Source of the DNA: Deltaproteobacteria bacterium
GTDB lineage: Bacteria; Myxococcota; UBA727; VGSZ01
Assembly: GCA_016177705.1 (NCBI GenBank)
Contig: JACOUT010000005.1
Location: forward strand, 286,374 to 350,373
DNA: 64,000 nucleotides
Reading direction: 5' to 3'
Part shown: piece after piece, positions 62,358-64,000 of the stretch
How the letters are laid out: every line of letters starts with the position of its first letter
Numbering within the stretch: the first letter of the stretch is position 1
The notes under the pieces: model-generated
The model's database searches: none
What the model was told of the DNA's origin: nothing
The model's input: the letters and a program-made list of their open reading frames with translations, nothing else
Program-made: the position numbers and the translations under genes

Positions 62358-63438
62358 GCCGCGGTCCCCCTCGTCGAGCCCTGCGGACCACCAGCAACAG
62401 CACGGCGAAGCCGGCGGACCACCCGCCACCGGACGCGCACGAGCCACAGCCGCCCGCGATGACGGTGAAGCCGCTCGGGAACACGAACGACTCTGCGTCG
62501 AGCTGTGCGATGACGTCGTACGTGCCCGGCTCGAGCGAGCCCGGCACGGTGGCGAGCGCGGCGCCGTCGTTTTGCACCTCGACGGCCTCGGCGACGACGG
62601 AGCCGACGCGGAACGCCACGCCGTCGACGAAGCCGCCGCCGGTGATGGTGACCCGCGTCTCCACCCCCGCCACCGCCTCGGCCGGGTTGACGCTCGAGAT
62701 GAACAGCTCGCTCTCTCCCTCGCCCTCGCTCTCACCTTCGCCCTCGCCCTCCCCTTCACCTTCACCTTCACCCTCGCCTTCGCCTTCGCCTTCACCCTCG
62801 CCGGAGGCGGCGAACACGCAGAGCGGGTTGGTCGAGCTGGACGGCGTGGTGACGACGGCGCGCACGATCCAGTCCCCCTCGAGGCCGAAGTCCGACGAGT
62901 CAGCCCAGCCCGGACCGGAGAAGAGCGCGTTCTTGCCCGCCTGGATGCCACCCTCGTCGCGCGCGATGCCGGGCGCGCCCGCGTGGGTGAAGAACAGCGC
63001 GACCCACACGCTGCCGTCGGTGACCGTCACCGGCGTCGAGAGCGGGATCTCGCTGACGTTGTCGGGCGACGACAGCACCGAGGCGTTCGGCTCCTCGCCG
63101 AGCTGCGTGCCGGGGTAGCCCGGATCGGTCAGCACGCTCTCGCCGTCGTCGTCGTAGACGCGCGCCGTGACGGTGTAGCCCTCGCCCGCGGTGCCGCCGT
63201 CGTCGCCGAACAGGAACTGCACGGCGGTGATCGTGAAAGGGTAGCCGTCGACGGGCGGCGCCAGCTTGACGGCGGCGCCCTCGCCGGCGGTGAAGCCGGA
63301 TTGAAAGACGGCGTTGCCGCCGTCCTGAAACGCGTCGTTGCACAAGGTCGCCTGCGCGACCGCCGGCGCGGACAGCACCGAGAGGGCGCACAGGGCGATC
63401 GCCGATGCGGCGGTGGGCGGGGGCATCGGCTCGAGCAT
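62350..63438 (-). CDS. Secreted protein with (Gly-Glu)n low-complexity linker, IPT/TIG-like domain and MYXO-CTERM-type tail
   Basis: Signal MLEPMPPPTAASAIALCALSVLSAPAVAQA; ...SGEGEGEGEGEGEGEGEGEGEGESEGEGESE...; ...TRVTITGGGFVDGVAF...; C-terminus GGCGSCASGGGWSAGFAVLLLVVRRARRGGPRHE. Confidence 0.55.
   Translation of the reverse strand: MLEPMPPPTAASAIALCALSVLSAPAVAQATLCNDAFQDGGNAVFQSGFTAGEGAAVKLAPPVDGYPFTITAVQFLFGDDGGTAGEGYTVTARVYDDDGESVLTDPGYPGTQLGEEPNASVLSSPDNVSEIPLSTPVTVTDGSVWVALFFTHAGAPGIARDEGGIQAGKNALFSGPGWADSSDFGLEGDWIVRAVVTTPSSSTNPLCVFAASGEGEGEGEGEGEGEGEGEGEGEGESEGEGESELFISSVNPAEAVAGVETRVTITGGGFVDGVAFRVGSVVAEAVEVQNDGAALATVPGSLEPGTYDVIAQLDAESFVFPSGFTVIAGGCGSCASGGGWSAGFAVLLLVVRRARRGGPRHE
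62708..62800. repeat. Imperfect hexanucleotide (CCYTCR)n coding repeat, about 15 units
   Basis: ctctccctcgccctcgctctcaccttcgccctcgccctccccttcaccttcaccttcaccctcgccttcgccttcgccttcaccctcgcc encodes the (GE)n tract on the minus strand. Confidence 0.7.
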
Positions 63439-63479
63439 ACCCCGTCGACGCCCCGGGCTCCCCATGCTCGTCTCGCCTC

Positions 63480-64000
63480 ATGCCCGCGACGCCCACCGAC
63501 CTGTTCGATCTCGACGCCCAACTGACCGGCGAGGAGCGCGCCGTGCGCGACACGGTGCGCCGCTTCGTCGACGACAAGGTGCTGCCCTACGCGGCGGAGT
63601 GGTACCGCAGGGCCGAGTTCCCCTGGCAGCTCGTGCCCGCCTTCGCCGAGCTCGGGCTGCTCGGGGCGCCCATCGCTACGCACGGCTGCGCCGGCATGAA
63701 CCCGACCGCCTATTGGCTGGCGCTGCGCGAGCTCGAGCGCGCCGACTCGGGCATCCGCTCCTTCGTCAGCGTGCAGACCTCGCTCGTGATGGTGCCGATC
63801 TCGCTGTTCGGCAGCGCTGCGCAGCAAGACCGTTGGCTGCCGGCGCTGCAGCAGGGCAAGGCCATCGGTTGCTTCGGCCTCACCGAGCCCGACGCCGGCA
63901 GCGACCCGGCCGCGATGCGCACGCGCGCCACCAAGACCGCCGACGGCTGGCTGCTCTCGGGCGCGAAGCGCTGGATCACCAACGGCACCAGGGCCGACGT
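63480..64000 (+). CDS. Acyl-CoA dehydrogenase (glutaryl-CoA dehydrogenase-like), 3' end outside the window
   Basis: ATG at 63480: MPATPTDLFDLDAQLTGEERAVRDTVRRFVDDKVLPYAAEWYRRAEFPWQ...CFGLTEPDAGSDPAAMRTRATKTADGWLLSGAKRWITNG (ACAD N-terminal and middle domains). Confidence 0.8.
   Translation, partial: MPATPTDLFDLDAQLTGEERAVRDTVRRFVDDKVLPYAAEWYRRAEFPWQLVPAFAELGLLGAPIATHGCAGMNPTAYWLALRELERADSGIRSFVSVQTSLVMVPISLFGSAAQQDRWLPALQQGKAIGCFGLTEPDAGSDPAAMRTRATKTADGWLLSGAKRWITNGTRAD

Noticed and set aside
61218-62462. 414-aa plus-strand ORF across the GGDEF gene
   Set aside because: Antisense to a protein with a recognisable GGDEF fold; the product is R/A/G-rich without motifs.

Overview
The window is about 71% GC with strong GC3 codon bias and holds roughly 55 tightly packed genes. 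Three secreted proteins end in a MYXO-CTERM-like sorting tail (Cys, Gly-rich stretch, hydrophobic helix, Arg cluster), which together with the composition points to a Myxococcota chromosome. No rRNA, tRNA, CRISPR array, transposase or integrase was recognised. In coordinate order the content is: an aminotransferase fragment, a LarB/PurE-like protein, a Lon N-domain protein, folE, a Ser/Thr kinase with a PEGA tail and a GNAT acetyltransferase; a minus-strand run of a HEAT-repeat protein, mreB and a Kazal-domain lipoprotein; a Lol-like ABC cluster (two FtsX permeases, a LolA-like carrier, a putative outer-membrane beta-barrel, an ATPase) followed by an acylphosphatase; large hypothetical secreted proteins; a second Ser/Thr kinase divergent from a PlsC acyltransferase/epimerase pair across a (GCACGG)n repeat; a six-gene translationally coupled minus-strand operon (acetyl-CoA-synthetase-like ligase, E1 alpha, E1 beta, E2, ACP, lipA) resembling an acetoin/2-oxoacid dehydrogenase module without E3; a FecR-like protein, a 7-repeat beta-propeller-like MYXO-CTERM protein and three overlapping giant secreted proteins; a heme-biosynthesis supercluster (hemB-hemD divergent from hemE-hemA-hemC-hemL-histidine kinase-response regulator-hemH); a Cys-rich MopE-like repeat protein with a PKD lipoprotein; a GT-C-like membrane protein; a degenerate-GGDEF protein; a (Gly-Glu)n MYXO-CTERM protein; and the start of an acyl-CoA dehydrogenase. 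The ORF track also contains many long overlapping or antisense ORFs, treated here as high-GC artefacts. CDS coordinates include the stop codon; some starts are GTG. Coordinates of non-coding features were read by eye and may be off by 1-2 nt.
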